Positions 37,470 through 50,920 are shown, numbered from the whole stretch's first letter. The stretch: 63,336 nucleotides of DNA, filler included, from Chiloscyllium plagiosum (GCF_004010195.1; 5 parts of one record of this genome joined end to end with filler, not necessarily neighbours in it); one strand, 5' to 3'. Translations and numbers: made by a program. Notes: generated from the sequence alone by a model not told the origin.

Positions 37470-38490
37470 CAACAAAGAATAATACAGCACAGGAACAGGC
37501 CCTTTGGCCCTCCAAGCCTGCGCTGACACATTTTGCCCTTCCATACCAAAACCATCTTCAGTTACAGGATCCATATCCCTCTATTCCCTTCCTATTCATG
37601 TATTCGTCCAGGTATTTTTTGAATGCTGCTGTTGTGCCTACTTCCACCACCTCCTCTGGCAGCACGTTCCAGGCATTCACCACCCTTTGTGTGAAAAACC
37701 TGCCTCGCACATCTATTTTAAGTGTCACACTCCCTGCACCTTGAACCTGCGTCCCCTAGTAATCGACCCCTCTATTTTAAGAAAAAGCCTCAAAATTTCC
37801 ACTCTATTCATGTCATGATAAACTTCTTTCAGGTCACTCCTCAATCTCCCATGTTCCAGTGAAAACAAACCCAGTCTATCCAACCTTTCTGCATCGCTAA
37901 AATGCCCCATACCAGGCAACATCCTGGTAAACCATTTCTGTACCGTCTCCAAAGCATCCGTATTCTTCTGGTAGTGTAGTGACCAGAATTATGTGCAATA
38001 TTCAAAGTATGGCCTAAATAAAGTTCTATAAAGCTGCAGCATAACTTGTCTATCCTTATACTCAGTGCCCATTCCAATGTGGGCCTTTTTTACAGTCTTA
38101 TCTACCAGCACTGCCACCTTCAGTGAATTGTGGACCTGCACATTCAGATCCCTCTGCATATCAATACTCCTAAGGGTTCTACTATTCACTGTATAATTTC
38201 ACCTGTATTTGACCATCCAAAATGCATTACCCCACACTTGTCTGGATTAAATGCCATCTGCCATTCTTCTGCCCATGCCTCCAACTGATCTATAATCCTG
38301 CTGTATCTTTGACAACCCTCCTCGCTAGCACACCTCCACCAATCTTTGCATTGTCTGCAAACTTACTAATTAGACCAGCCATGTTTTTCTCCAGATCATT
38401 TATGTAGACCATGAACATCAGAGGCCCCAGCACTGATTCCTGTGGAAGACCACTATCACAACCTTCTATTGAGAAAAGCATCCTTCCACT
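37470..38490 (-). mobile_element. CR1-type LINE fragment
   Basis: ORFs 38290-38568 (SGLPQESVLGPLMFMVYINDL..ISKFADNAKIGG), 37989-38189 and 37725-37952. Confidence 0.88.
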
Positions 38491-38494
38491 GCTA

Positions 38495-38737
38495 CCTTTC
38501 ACCTGCTCCAATCCCGACCTCACCATTAAGCCAGCAGGTAAAGGAGGCACAGTGGTAGTCTGGCACACTGACCTCTACACCACTGAAACCAGACGCCAAC
38601 TCGAGGACACCACTTCCTACCCCCCTCCTCAACCATGACCCCACCCCCCCATTCACCAATCCATCATCTCTCAGACGATACAGAACCTCATCACCTCAGG
38701 GAGATCTCCCACCCACAGCTTCCAACCTCACAGTCCG
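38495..38737 (+). mobile_element. Penelope-like RT fragment running into a join
   Basis: SNPDLTIKPAGKGGTVVVWHTDLYTTETRRQLEDTTSY; homologous to 15110-15190. Confidence 0.85.
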
Positions 38738-38837
38738 NNNNNNNNNNNNNNNNNNNNNNNNNNNNNNNNNNNNNNNNNNNNTTAATTAATTAANNNNNNN
38801 NNNNNNNNNNNNNNNNNNNNNNNNNNNNNNNNNNNNN
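38738..38837. other. Artificial contig-join linker
   Basis: 44 N + TTAATTAATTAA (38782-38793) + 44 N; Penelope RT on the left, unrelated CR1 on the right. Confidence 0.95.
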
Positions 38838-39310
38838 GGGAACCACATTTGCTATCCTCCAGTCTTCTGGCAGTATTCCTGTAGACAATGACGATTTAAA
38901 GATCAATGCCAAAGGCTCAGCAATCTCCTCCATGGCTTCCCAGAGGATCCTAGGATAAATTCCATCCAGCCCAGGGGACTTATCCATTTTCACACTCTGA
39001 AGGATTTCTAATACCTCTTCCTTGTGAACCTCAATCACACCTAGTCTAGTAGCCTGTATCTCAGTATTCTCCTCGACAATATTGTCATTTTCTAGAGTGA
39101 ATACTGTTGAAAACTATTCATTAAGTGCTTCCCCTAACTCCTCTGACTCCACACACAACTTCCCACTACTATCTTTGATTGGTCCTAATCTTACTCTCGA
39201 TATTCTTTTATTCCTTAAATACCTATAGAAAGCCTTAGGGTTTACCCTGATTCTATCCACCAACAACTTCTTATGTCTCCTCCTGGCTCTTCTGAGCTCT
39301 CTCTTTAGGT
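38838..39310 (-). mobile_element. CR1-type LINE, internal ORF2 fragment
   Basis: KSPGLDGIYPRILWEAMEEIAEPLALIFKSSLSTGILPEDWRIANVVP. Confidence 0.9.
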
Positions 39311-40837
39311 TGAGAAATGAATTAGGATCTCCCAGAGGGAATTGTCATTACAGAAAGCAGAGACAATGGAAGAATTCTTACCATCTGCATAAATCCATTA
39401 TTTAACCTGTCTATTGATTCAAATTCTTTTTATCCACATCTGTTCTCTTCTTTTTGCTATTCATTCTTCCTTTCCACTGCCTCCCTAATCACACAATTAT
39501 ATATTTGATCTTTGCAATTATACATTTAACCTATACTCTTTCATCATATTCCCATCAAACACTAAACCAGTGTGTTTGAAGTAGTTAAAATCTTTTGGAC
39601 ATGTTGAGCTAATTATAGGATTTCAGAGTTGTACTTCACATCAATGTCTGTTCAATTAATCAACAAGACAACAAAAAAGATCATACCTTACTTACTAATG
39701 ATCTACAGTGAACAATTAAGTGGAGCTGCAGGATAAAAATCTTAAAATTCAGTCCGATAATCATGAACAAAATGATTGTCTTTCTTTACAAAAAAAAATC
39801 AGTAAGCAAATTGGGAAATTCCAAGCTACTCGAAAGCTTTTGTTAATGCAAGACTTCTCAGTTTTAATGAGCAACATTGCCGAGCTGCAGACAACATGCT
39901 GAGAGACTGTCTGAATCTTGTCATGTGGTGCTGGAACAGCTACAATCTGAATCATACTGTGTTTGGAACTTCTTTCCAAAGGTTACCAGTACTGAAGGAG
40001 CCAAAAGCAACCATGCGAACCTCAGGCTGACACTGCATTTAGCCTCATGTTGAGGGAAACTCTGCTTTCTTTGTCCAAATACTGCTTAATGGATTTGAAG
40101 GTGAAGGGAGATCAAAAATTACCCTTTGAAGAAAGACTATCCATCAGTTCAACAGAAAGGGACAGCACTTAAGAAAATAGTCATTTTAGACTCAAAGAAA
40201 AACCCTACCCATGCGATACTTAATGGATAGAGATGGAAAATAATGCCAGTAAGAGGCAATGGCATTGCAACTGGACTAGTCATCCAAAAATCCAAATAAA
40301 TCAATGGGGACCTGGGTTCAAATCTGACTTGGGGCAGAGGGTGGAATTTGAAGAATCATACTCCACTTGAAATAATAAATCTGGCTGTCTCTGTCTTTAC
40401 AGACGCTACCAGATTTGCTGTGTTCCCTCAGCAATTTCTGTTTTTATTTCATTGAAGGTGAAGGCTCCAAATATGACCCCATTCTCAATGATGTAAGAGC
40501 CCAGCACATCAGTACAAAAAATAAGACTGAAACATTTGCAATAATATTCAGCCAGAAGTGCCAAGTGGATGACCTATTTTGGCCTCCTCCAGTGGTCCCC
40601 AGCATCACAGATACCGGTCTTCAGCCAATTCGATTCACTCCACGTGATATCAAGAAATGGTTGGAGGCACTGGATACTGTAAAGGCAATAGACAGTGACA
40701 ACATTCATACAAATATAGTGAAGACTTATGTGCCAGACCCTGTCTCATTCCTAGCCAAGTTGTTCCAGTACAGCTACAACATTGGCATCGAACCAATCAT
40801 AAGGAAAGTTACTGAGGTATGACCCACAAAAAGAAAG

Positions 40838-41153
40838 ATAAGAGTAGATTCCCTACAGTGTGGAAACAGGCCCTTCGGTCCAACAAGTCCACACCAACCC
40901 TCCAGAGAGTAACCCACCCAGACCCATTTCCCTCTGATTAATGCAGCTAACACTATGGGCAATTTAGCATGGCCAATTCACCTAACCTGCATGTCTTTGG
41001 ACTATGGGAGGAAACCAGAGCACCCAGAGGAAACTCATGCAGACACAAGGAGAATGTGCAAACTCCACACAGACAGTCGCCCAAGGCTGGAATAAAACCT
41101 GGGACCCTGGTGATGTGAGGCAACAGTGCTAATCACTGAGCCACCGTGACGCC
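40838..41153 (-). mobile_element. HE1-type V-SINE
   Basis: Full head-V-domain-tail structure, inserted inside the LINE above. Confidence 0.88.
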
Positions 41154-42003
41154 TCAAACCAATCCAAACCGATCAACTATTACCACATTGGCCTACTCTC
41201 AATCATCAGTAAAGTGATGGAAAGGGGCCATAATATCAAATGTTACTTGCTCAGCAAGAACCTACTCATTGATGCCCCAGTTCAGGTTTCACCAGGATCA
41301 CTTAGCTCCTCACCTCATTACAGCCTTGATTCAAACACAGACAAAAAAAAAGCAGAATTCCAGAGATGAACTGAGAGGGACTGCCTTTGACAGTGAAGCT
41401 GCATTTGACTGACAGGCACCATGAAACCTGAGCAAAACTCTAATCAATGGGGATCAGAGGGAAAAATCTCCACAAGAGGTTGGAGTCATATCTGGCACAA
41501 AAGAAAATGGCTGTGGTTGTTGGAGGTCAGTCGTCTCAGCTCCAGGACGTCACAGCGGGAGTTTCTCAGGGTAGTGTCCTAGGCCCAATCACCTTCAGCT
41601 GCTCCAGCAATGACCTGTTCCTGGTTTTAGGTAACAAAGCTAGGCAAGTGTTAAAAGTATCAGCGGGATGAATTGGATATCAGAAAAACCTCCAGGTCTT
41701 GCAGGGTGACGCAGACTTGTGATGGAGCACGACCCTCAAGATTATCTGACAAGTGTGGTGCATCACGAAACAGAACAATTTTATAAGACATGGCAGCCCT
41801 TTCTACATTACATCAACATGGACCTATCAGTGGTACTGATTAGGACCTTTATATAGCCATGAGGGCAATATATGGTGATCCAGGGACCCCCAGGGCGGGG
41901 GGAGGCCGAGTAAATATAAGAGTATAAAAACTGTTGCTCCAATGGATGGGAACTTTGGTGGAGGAGCAGGGAGTGGAGTAATGTAATGTAATGTAATTTT
42001 GAA

Positions 42004-42321
42004 TTAGATTAGATTAGATTACTTCCAGTGTGGAAACAGGCCCTTCGGCCCAACAAGTCCACACCGACCCGCCGAAGCGCAACCCACCCATACCCCTACA
42101 TTTACCCCTTACCTAACACTACGGGCAATTTAGCATGGCCAATTCACCTGACCTGCACATCTTTGTGACTGTGGGAGGAAACCGGAGCACCCGGAGGAAA
42201 CCCACGCAGACACGGGGAGAATGTGCAAACTCCACACAGTCAGTCGCCTGAGGCGGGAATTGAACCCGGGTCTCGGGCGCTGTGAGGCAGCAGTGCTAAC
42301 CACTGTGCCACCGTGCCGCCC
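42004..42321 (-). mobile_element. HE1-type V-SINE, full length and young
   Basis: Reverse complement gggcggcacggtggcacagtggttagcactgctgcctcacagcgcccgagacccgggttcaattccc (A and B boxes), V-domain and (taatc)n tail. Confidence 0.93.
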
Positions 42322-42430
42322 ACAAATTTTAGTAGATTATAATTTAATTTAATGTTTTTTTTATTTGAATTTATTTTAATTTGGGTTAAGTAATTATAAG
42401 ATGACTGTATCTTGAAGAGTAGTAGGCAGC

Positions 42431-43077
42431 TTAGACCATAAGACCATAAGACCATAAGACATAGGAGTGGAAGTAAGGCCATTCGGCCCATCGAGTCCAC
42501 TCCGCCATTCAATCATGGCTGATGCGCATTTCAGCTCCACTTACCAGCGTTCTCCCCGTAGCCCTTAATTCCTCTAGACAACAAGAATCTATCAATCTCG
42601 GCCTTGAAGACATTTAGCGTCCCGGCTTCCACTGCACTCCGTGGCAATGAATTCCACAGGCCCACCACTCTCTGGCTGAAGAAATGTCTCCGCATTTCTG
42701 TTCTGAAATGACCCCCTCTAATTCTAAGGCTGTGTCCACGGGTCCGAGTCTCCTCGTTTAACGGAAACGATTTCCTAGCATCCACCTTTTCCAAGCCATG
42801 TATTATTTTATACGTCTCTATTAAGTCTCCCCTAATCTTCTAAACTCCAATGAATACAATCCCAGTATCCTCAGCCATTCCTCATATGTTAGACCTGTCA
42901 TTCCAGGGATCATCAGTGTGAATCCATGTATTATTTTGTACGTCTCTATTAAGTCTCCCCTATTCTTCTAAACTCCAATGAATACAATCCCAGTATCCTC
43001 AGCCGTTCCTCATATGTTAGACCTGTCATTCCAGGGATCATCCGTGTGAATCTCCGCTGGACACGTTCCAGTGCCAG
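42431..43077 (-). mobile_element. Young CR1-type LINE 3' end with an internal 128-bp tandem duplication
   Basis: ORF 42531-42794; (taagacca)n tail; 42796-42923 is repeated at 42924-43051. Confidence 0.9.
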
Positions 43078-43171
43078 TCTCATACGTTAGTGAGAGATGT
43101 AGATAAATTATTTATTAGCCGAGGCACAGAGTTTAGGAGCAGGGAGGTTATGTTCAAACTGTGTAAGAAGT

Positions 43172-43770
43172 TGAATTAAATTGAATTTATTGTCATGTGC
43201 ACAATGAAAAGCTTTGTCTTGCAAGCAATACAGGCAGATCACATAGTTAAATAGCAAAGCTAAGTAAATAATAGGTAAACAGCAGCAAAAACAAAAACAT
43301 AGGTACAGGCGAATGTTAAGTGTTTGAGAGTCCATTCAGTACTCTAACAACAGTTTGGTAGAAACTGTTTTGAAACTGACTGGTGTGTGTGTTCAGGCTT
43401 CTGTACCTTCTCCCCGATGGTAGAGGTTGTAGAAAAACATTGCCAGGGTGGGATGGATCCTTGAGAATGCTTGCGGCCTTTCCTGGACAGTGGGCCTGGT
43501 AGATGGACTCTATAGATGGGAGGTTGGCCTTTGTGATTATCTGGGCTGAGTTCACCACTATCTGTAACCGACTCTGATCTTGAATGGTACAGTTGCCATT
43601 CCAGGTAGTGGTACATCCAGACAGAATGCTCTCAATGGCACATCTATAAAAGTTGGCAAGGGTATTCGCCGTCATGCCAAATTTTCTCAGCTGCCTGAGG
43701 AAGAAGAGACGTTGTTGGGCCTTTGTAACCAGAGCGTCCACATGAAGAGTCCAAGAAAGCTTTATGTGCA
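43172..43770 (-). mobile_element. Rex1/Babar-type LINE 3' end
   Basis: ORF 43316-43771 (KAQQRLFFLRQLRKFGM..NFYRCAIESILSGC..W..LPSGRRYRSL..FQNSF) is the characteristic Rex1 C-terminus; (aattc)-type tail. Confidence 0.85.
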
Positions 43771-45959
43771 ATCTGGAGGTGTGAGGAAAAACATTTTCAC
43801 CCAGAGGTTGGTGGGAACAGGAAACCCACTACCTGTAAGGGTAGTAGAGGCAGAAACACTCATAACATTTAAGAAGTATTTAGATGCAGACTTGTGATGC
43901 CAAGACATACAAGTCTATAGGCCAAGAGTTGGAAAATGGGATAGGAATAATGGCATGGACACAATGGACCAAAGGGCTATAGCTATGACTCTCTCACTTT
44001 CCATCCATCAGAAGGTCAGAAGTGGCAATGTTCGCAAATGACTGTATGATGGTCAGCATCATTTGTGACTCCTCAGATACTGAAACAGTCTATGTTCAAA
44101 TTCAGCAAGGCCTGTCTTCATGGATTAAATGGCCCACTCCAACTTCTTTTTCATATGGTTACATATTTGGTTCTGTCTGTTTGGAGATGGAACTGGTATT
44201 TGTATGCTGCAGCTTGCTGAAATGAATAAAAAGATTTGCAGATGTCTTATTCCACTGCTGCTGCTGGGATGTTGTCTCAACATACAGACTTTACAATATC
44301 CTGTACCTTCAACCATTCCTTGATATCACATGGAATTATTTGAATTAGCTGAAGAAAAGACATTTCTAATTGAGGATTATTGCAAATGCGTCAGTCTGAT
44401 TTTTTGCACTGACCTGCTGGTCTCCCCCATCATTGAAGATGTGGTTATCTGATTGAACCTTTCCCTTCAGTTTGGTATTTAACTGTCCTACACCATTCAC
44501 AACTGGATGTGGAGGACTGCAAAGCTTTAATCTGATCCCCTTGTTGTGGAATTGATTGGACTCAATGGGCTGAAGGGCCTTTTTTGTGCTATAGACCTCT
44601 CATGACTATTTCTTAAAGTATAGTCAATTTTGTGAACAGCATAAACAATTTAAGTAAAGCACTTGCTGGATGGTCAGTTGGTTTCAACTGGTTTGCCTTT
44701 ATATACTCACAAAACATTTTCTCACTGCTGTGTTCTGGTGCAAAGACTATACTGATCCAATCCCGGGATATTTTGACACATTCCAAATATAAATAAAAGC
44801 CGTCTGTTAATTAAAATTCCATGCCCCAGCATAACTGATGCTCTTAATCGATGCTCTGGAGTTAATTATTTTTCTCAGTGGGCAGTTCTTACTGCTCTTA
44901 GCCAAGCTACCAGTTGGAGGATTTCACAAATGTCCTGGGGTGGGAGGACGGGTGCAAGGAAGGAAGTATAAGTGGAGATTTGTATTTACGTTGTCAAATG
45001 TTCCTGTCTCATATCGGCTCATTATAAATTGTCAATTTATAAAGAGACGGTCAGGTTTATCTGAGCTTACAAATACCAACTTCATTTGGCTTTTATTGTT
45101 TTATTTCTGGCTTTATCGCCTAACTGAGGGTGGGTCTTTACATCCTACACTATTGTCAGATGATTACATGTCTGCTTGTATGATACAAGGGAAAACTGTA
45201 AGTACTGACAGTATGGAAAGCTGCACAAATATTAATGATTGTTGGATGTGAATTATACTCTCAGCCTCAATCGTTATTTCACAAAATATTAATATGCACC
45301 ACTAGTGCATGACCTTTAGGTCAGGAGTCACAAACAGAAATACTTTCTGGGAATTCAAATTCATGTTAATCAATAAATTGTATAAAATTTCACAAGGAGT
45401 AGTTTATATGGATTTTATCATAATTTGTGGTGTGATTATAATTCTACCAATATGTAACTAGCTTTTCCTCCTTCCATAATTATGAATAGTCAGCACTGGC
45501 CTCTGTGGTTTGAAAACTGCAAAATCACTTCAGTAGGAACCTCCACCTTGTGATGCCCTTATCTACATCAGCAGCACACACCTCTTCTACTGGGGCTGCA
45601 GATCCATCAGTGCTGGAGGGTATCCTAGTGGCATATCAGCTCTGGGAGACCACCATCACTCCTAGCTGGACTTTACTGGCCCCCTCCTACAAAACAGCCC
45701 TCTTGCTCCATGTTGCAACAATTGTGGGGCCCTAATCTATTGCAACACAGAAACAAAAACACAGCCCAGAATGTCATAAAAGGGACATTCTATTTGCATG
45801 CTCAAATTAAAGACATAAACCAAATGCTCATCTTTTGCCGGGGTAGGGACATCGACATCTTACAGACAACAAGAAATGTGGATGCTGCTCCATTGCAACT
45901 CTCCTGTCTATCATGAAGGACAATGCAATTATAAGTTGATGTAGAAAATAAATATGGGA

Positions 45960-46108
45960 CAAAAAACAGAAATTGCTGGAAAAGCTCTGCAGGTGTAGCA
46001 GTATCTGTGGATAGAAATCAAGGTTAATATTTTAGGTCCAGTGAGCTTTTCCATCAATTTCTGCTTTTGTTTCGGATTTCCAGCATTTGCAGTTCTTTCA
46101 GTTTTTAT
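45960..46108. mobile_element. Asymmetric fold-back Penelope-type derivative (family C), 15-bp TSD with one mismatch
   Basis: AAAATAAATATGGGA at 45945-45959 vs AAAATAAAGATGGGA at 46109-46123; arms acagaaattgctggaaaagctc and gagcttttccatcaatttctg. Confidence 0.7.
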
Positions 46109-47229
46109 AAAATAAAGATGGGATCTGGGCCTGACTGTGAGAGTCAGCGGATCTTGGGGCACCAACTTCTCCTCATCTCCCATGTCCAGGGTAAATATCA
46201 AGAACCTTGCATGACAACTCTGAATTGCCTGTGCCTGCCCGGGTGCACGACAGACTTTTAAAGATGGTGCAGGATGAGGGATGATCAGATATCTGCTGAG
46301 TAAGGAGTTATCCCTGAAGCATTGTGTGGTAAGATGAGGAATCAATCAGAAATGAGAGAGTCCACAGGGATGGGTAGGTAGTAAAGAAGGTGAGTTTGGT
46401 ACGATATGGAGAGAAATCTCACTAGGCCTCATGGTGCCAATCGGTCCAAAAAGCTTGGCACAATTGCACTTAGCTAAAAATAGCAAGACCCGGACTCTGA
46501 GACAGAGACAAGATATGGGGAGTCAAGGAGTGAATTAACCACTGCAGGATTTCTACCCTCTGATGTGCTCTTGCAATGACAGCATTTATAAGGATAGTTC
46601 AGCTCAACTTCTGTGTAACCCTCAGGGTATTGATAGCATAAAAAGGAGATTCAGTAGTCAGGTTACTAGACTATATTAAAAAAGACCTTATATAATGGCT
46701 TAGTGCTGGCACTAAGTGTTAAAATTGGAAAATGTTCCACTTCTTAGTTAAGACATCAATCAGTAACACATCTCAATCCTATTTTCCTATACTGTATTGC
46801 TGTTTAGTTAGAAATTTTATTTGATGAGCCATTAAATAATCTAAGGTAAAAATGGAAAATAGACCTTCACATCAATATTTATTTGATTTATTACTGAGCT
46901 TTGTGCAATTGCAGCAAAATTTTCAGGGAATTTTTTCTGTACCCTGTGTGGAGGGTTACCTCCACCAACAGCAAAAGTGCTGCATTGACATAGCAGAACA
47001 GCTATGTATATCAATATATTGTATCGTAAAGGAATCATCAAGGGAAAAAGCACATTATATAAGCAACAAAAAGAAGGATCAGTTTGGCAGGTGGATTTTC
47101 ACATGACTTCATTCATTGAGCAGAAGACTGGCAGCAAGCCCGCTACACAACAAACAGAACTATTCAATGCCCACTTTGTTTCAGTTGGGGAAAAAGAAGC
47201 TCATTTCTGGGAAAATTTACTGTGAATAT

Positions 47230-47855
47230 GTTAAGCTTTTTTTTTGAGCAGAGGCTTGACAACTGGGTGGTCTTACCCCAACAGAAAATATTATGGGGGA
47301 CTTCAATAAGCAGGAGCAATGGGAAAATCAGGTTGGTCGTAGATCCCAAGAAAACAAACTTGTGGATTGTCTATGAGATGGTTTTTTGGAGCAACCCACA
47401 AAGCAACAGGCAGTTCTGGATTTGGTGATGTGGAATGAGGCAGACAATTAAGGTGAAGGAATCTCTCAGGGACAGTGACCACAATATGATGGAATTCACC
47501 TACAGTTTGAGGGGGAGAAGCTAGACTCAGATGTAACAGTATTACAATTGAGTGAAGGTTAACTATAAAAACATGAGGGAGGAGCTGGCCAGAGTGGATT
47601 GGAAGGGGAGACTAGTGGGGAGCAGCAATGGCGAATTTAATACCCCTGTTTAAGAACTGAGGGAGAAAGAAGACAGGAAACTATAGGCTGGTTAAGTCTG
47701 ACCTTGGTCGTTGGTAAGATTTTAAAGCCCATTATTAGGAATGAGATTGCGGAGTACTTGGAATTACATCGGGCTGAATCAGCACAGCTTCATCAAGAGC
47801 AGGTTGTACATGCCAAATCTGTTAGAATTCTTTGAGGAGGTAATAAGCAAGTTAC
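47230..47855 (+). mobile_element. Degraded CR1-type LINE ORF2 fragments
   Basis: Endonuclease and RT remnants (GDFN, SDH-like region, NYR.VSL, QHSF..SC..NLLEFFEEV). Confidence 0.65.
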
Positions 47856-48224
47856 TGATTAGTAAGTTTCACAAGGTCAGGGAAGAGTGATCAAAACCAA
47901 AGCAAAATACAACCTGAATGTGTGCAGTATATAGTTTGGGAATTTAGAGGCAATGTGCGAATATTGAGCAGAGGGGAAGAGGTGTTTTTTGCTTGCTTTA
48001 TTTTGGCTAATAGCTTGTAAGGTTTTTTGAACAGGAGTAATTGAAGCCCCAGCTCAAAAAAATGACATCACAGGTAAACCATAAAATCATTGGTTTGTGA
48101 TAGTCAAATTAGTAACTATCTATGAAAGATTACCTTCAGTTTGAAGGTAATTAGGGGATTCATTTACTGGCTATAAACTAAAAACCGGTCCAACATTTTT
48201 TAAAAATCAAATCACAAATTAAGT

Positions 48225-48870
48225 AATTAAAAGAGAGATCCCAGACCATGCAATGTGTTGTAACTGCACGATGTGGGAGCTGGTGGACCCCATTGTTATT
48301 CATAGTGACCACATTTGTACCAAGTGTTGGTAACTTGAGAAACTCCTGCTCAGAGATGGTAGGTTGGAGTTTGAGCTTCAAACTCTCAGGGAGGGAAGAG
48401 TTACCTGGACACTGTGTTTCAGGAGACTGTCACAACCTTTGGATTAACTGCCTCAAATTCAGTCAACGGTCAGGAACAGGAAGCTGTGACTATGAGCGAG
48501 GCAGGAAGAGGGATCCAGGAGGTAGTGCTGAAGGAGCCTTGTCTTGTCTAACAGGTTTGAGATTCTTGCTCCCTGTGTGGATGAGAGTGGGGGCTGTAGG
48601 GAGGATGAGCAAACTGGCCATAGCATCATGGTACAGGGAGCCATTCAAGATAGAGGAGAAAAGAGAAATATAGTTTAAATCAGTAATAGTATAATCAGGG
48701 GAATAGACACTATTCTCTGTGGCTAGTGTCAAAAGTCCCAAAGTTATGTTACCTGCCTGGTGTCTGGGTTCACGATGTCTTATCTGGGCTGCAGAGAAAT
48801 TTGGAGTGGGAGGGGAAAGATCCAATTGTCATGGTTTACATAGGTACCAATAAAATAGGTAGAAAGAGGA
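48225..48870 (+). mobile_element. CR1-type LINE ORF1 remnant (zinc finger plus SGNH-esterase-like domain)
   Basis: CYLPGVWVHDVLSGLQRNLEWEGKDPIVMVYIGTNKIG resembles the CR1 ORF1 esterase motif (C.PGA..VHVGTND). Confidence 0.7.
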
Positions 48871-48872
48871 AA

Positions 48873-49027
48873 GAGGTAAAAACAATGACTGCAGATGCTG
48901 GAAACCAGATTCTGGATTAGTGGTGCTGGAAGAGCACAGCAGTTCAGGCAGCATCCGAGGAGCAGTAAAATCGACATTTCGGGCAAAAGCCCTTCATCAG
49001 GAATAAAGGCAGAGAGCCTGAAGCGTG
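48873..49027 (-). mobile_element. Penelope terminal repeat (family B) with a hammerhead core at 48973-49000
   Basis: Minus strand reads attc-CTGATGA-A-GGGC-tttt-GCCC-GAAA-TGTC; truncated by the join. Confidence 0.8.
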
Positions 49028-49127
49028 NNNNNNNNNNNNNNNNNNNNNNNNNNNNNNNNNNNNNNNNNNNNTTAATTAATTAANNNNNNNNNNNNNNNNN
49101 NNNNNNNNNNNNNNNNNNNNNNNNNNN
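49028..49127. other. Artificial contig-join linker
   Basis: 44 N + TTAATTAATTAA (49072-49083) + 44 N; Penelope terminal repeat on the left, Tx1-like LINE on the right. Confidence 0.95.
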
Positions 49128-49861
49128 GCAGACTGTCAAAGTCATTTGGCAGAATGCCTCATCGCCAGAACTTTCCACAAGCACCAAGACATGGCTTGGC
49201 TGGTGGTGAGAAGGGCTCTGCCTGTGAGATCCTTTATGCATGCCCGGACTCTCAGCCGCACCGCACACTGCCCTCGAAGTGGCTGCGAGGGGGTCGAGAC
49301 TGTCACACACCTCCTTCTGGAATGTGCCTATGCAGAGGAAGTCTGGAGAGGAATGCAGTGGTGTTTGTCGAGGTTCGTCCCGAGCAGCGCCGTGACGCGG
49401 GACTCTGTGCTCTACGGCCTGTTCCCCGGGACGCACACCGAGACGAACATCAACTGCGCCTGGAGGATCATCAACTCGGTGAAGGACGCTCTCTGGGTGG
49501 TCCGAAACCTGTTGGTCTTCCAGCTGAAGGAGTTGACCCCGACTGAGTGCTGCAGACTGGCACATTCCAAGGTTCAGGACTACGTGTTGAGGGACGCGCT
49601 GAAGCTTGGGGCAGCTGCCGCCAAGTCGCGGTGGGGAAAGACCACCGTCTAACATCTGCCTGCCTAAGAAGAACAGGGGGCCCGCGCAGTCATTTGGGCT
49701 CCGCTGGCGCCTCAGCTCAATGTAATCGCACCAACCTGTGAATATGAATGATTACCCTGTTTCGACACGCAAAGAAATGGAATGTTTACAGAATGATGAC
49801 ATGTCCAATTGTATAGATTAAATATATATGAATAAAGTATATTTTTGAAATAAAAAAAAAA
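49128..49861 (+). mobile_element. Tx1/L1-clade LINE 3' end, young
   Basis: Uninterrupted frame to the stop at 49650-49652, with a CCHC finger (CPRSGC..ETVTHLLLEC). CpG-rich; AATAAA at 49831 and 49849; A-tail at 49852-49861. Confidence 0.85.
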
Positions 49862-50179
49862 TTCCTGGAAGTGAGGTGGCAGTGGGTTAAACACTGGACA
49901 AAAGCAAATTATTGCAGACCCAATACCAATCCTTGCAGCACGCCACTGATCACCGGCAAGATTCCTAGCCCCTGGCCTGCTGTTGTATAGTATGTATATA
50001 GCTGTTCCAGTTTCAGTTTCTGGTCAATGGTACAAAGGGTTTCAGTAATGAAAATGTCAAGGCATGATAGTTAGAATCTCTCCAGTTAGAGATGGCCATT
50101 GTTTATTACTCATGTGGCACAAATGTTACCATTTCTCAGCTCAAACCTGGATATTGTCCAGGTTTTGCTGCATTTGGAC

Positions 50180-50920
50180 ACAGACTGTTTGCACTTTGCA
50201 AGGATTAACAAGGCAAGGGAGTACATGTTAAAAAGTAGGACCCTACAAAGTACAGGGTATTGGAGAGACTTAGTGTACATGTCCATACATCCATGAAGAC
50301 AGCAAGACCGGTAGATAAGGTGGTTAAGAAAGCATTTAGAACACTTTTCTTTATTAGTTAAGACACTGAAAACAAGAGCAGGGAGGTTATGATGGAGCTG
50401 TATAAGATTTTAGTTAGGCCACAGTATTTGTGCAGTTCTAGTCACCACAATACAGGAAGAAGTTGATTGCACTAATGAGAGGAGACTCAGCAGCTAGCTA
50501 GAATGTTTTAGTTATGAAGAGAGACTGGATAAGCTGAGGTTGTTTTCCTTAGAGTAGAGAAGGCTGAGAGGGGACCTGATTAAGGTGTACAAAATTATAA
50601 AGGGCATAGGCGGGGTGCATGGTAAGAAACCTTTCCCCTGAGTCAATGACCAGGGAGTATAGATTTAAAGTAAGTGGTGGGAGATATCGAGGCACTTAAG
50701 GCATAATTTTTTCACCTAGTGTGGAGTTATGTGGAACTCCCTGGTGAAAGGGTAATAGTGACAGCAACTCACAACATTTAGGAAGCATTCATTATGAACA
50801 CTTTCAATACTACAGTATACAAATGCTGGAAAATGAGATTAGAATAGATACATGTTTGATTAACCAGTATAAACATGATGGGCTGAAGGGTCCCTTTCTG
50901 TTCTGTAAAACTCAATAACT
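50180..50920 (+). mobile_element. Old CR1-type LINE 3' fragment
   Basis: Degenerate ..RRLRGDLIKVYKIIKG.. segment and 3' tail. Confidence 0.7.

Larger units (their letters stand above)
40455..44110 (+). mobile_element. CR1/L2-group LINE RT split into three pieces (about 40455-40830, 41155-41615, 43995-44110) by nested insertions
   Basis: Consecutive RT motifs FTPRDIKKWLEALD..LAKLFQYSY, then LESYLAQKKMAVVVGGQSS..GVSQGSVLGP..NDL, then SEVAMFANDC (FADD-like). Confidence 0.75.

Noticed and set aside
43316..43771. 151-aa ORF that could be mis-annotated as a host gene (ALKBH8 N-terminal-like/DUF1891)
   Set aside because: It is the Rex1/Babar LINE C-terminus with its own microsatellite tail, nested among other repeats.
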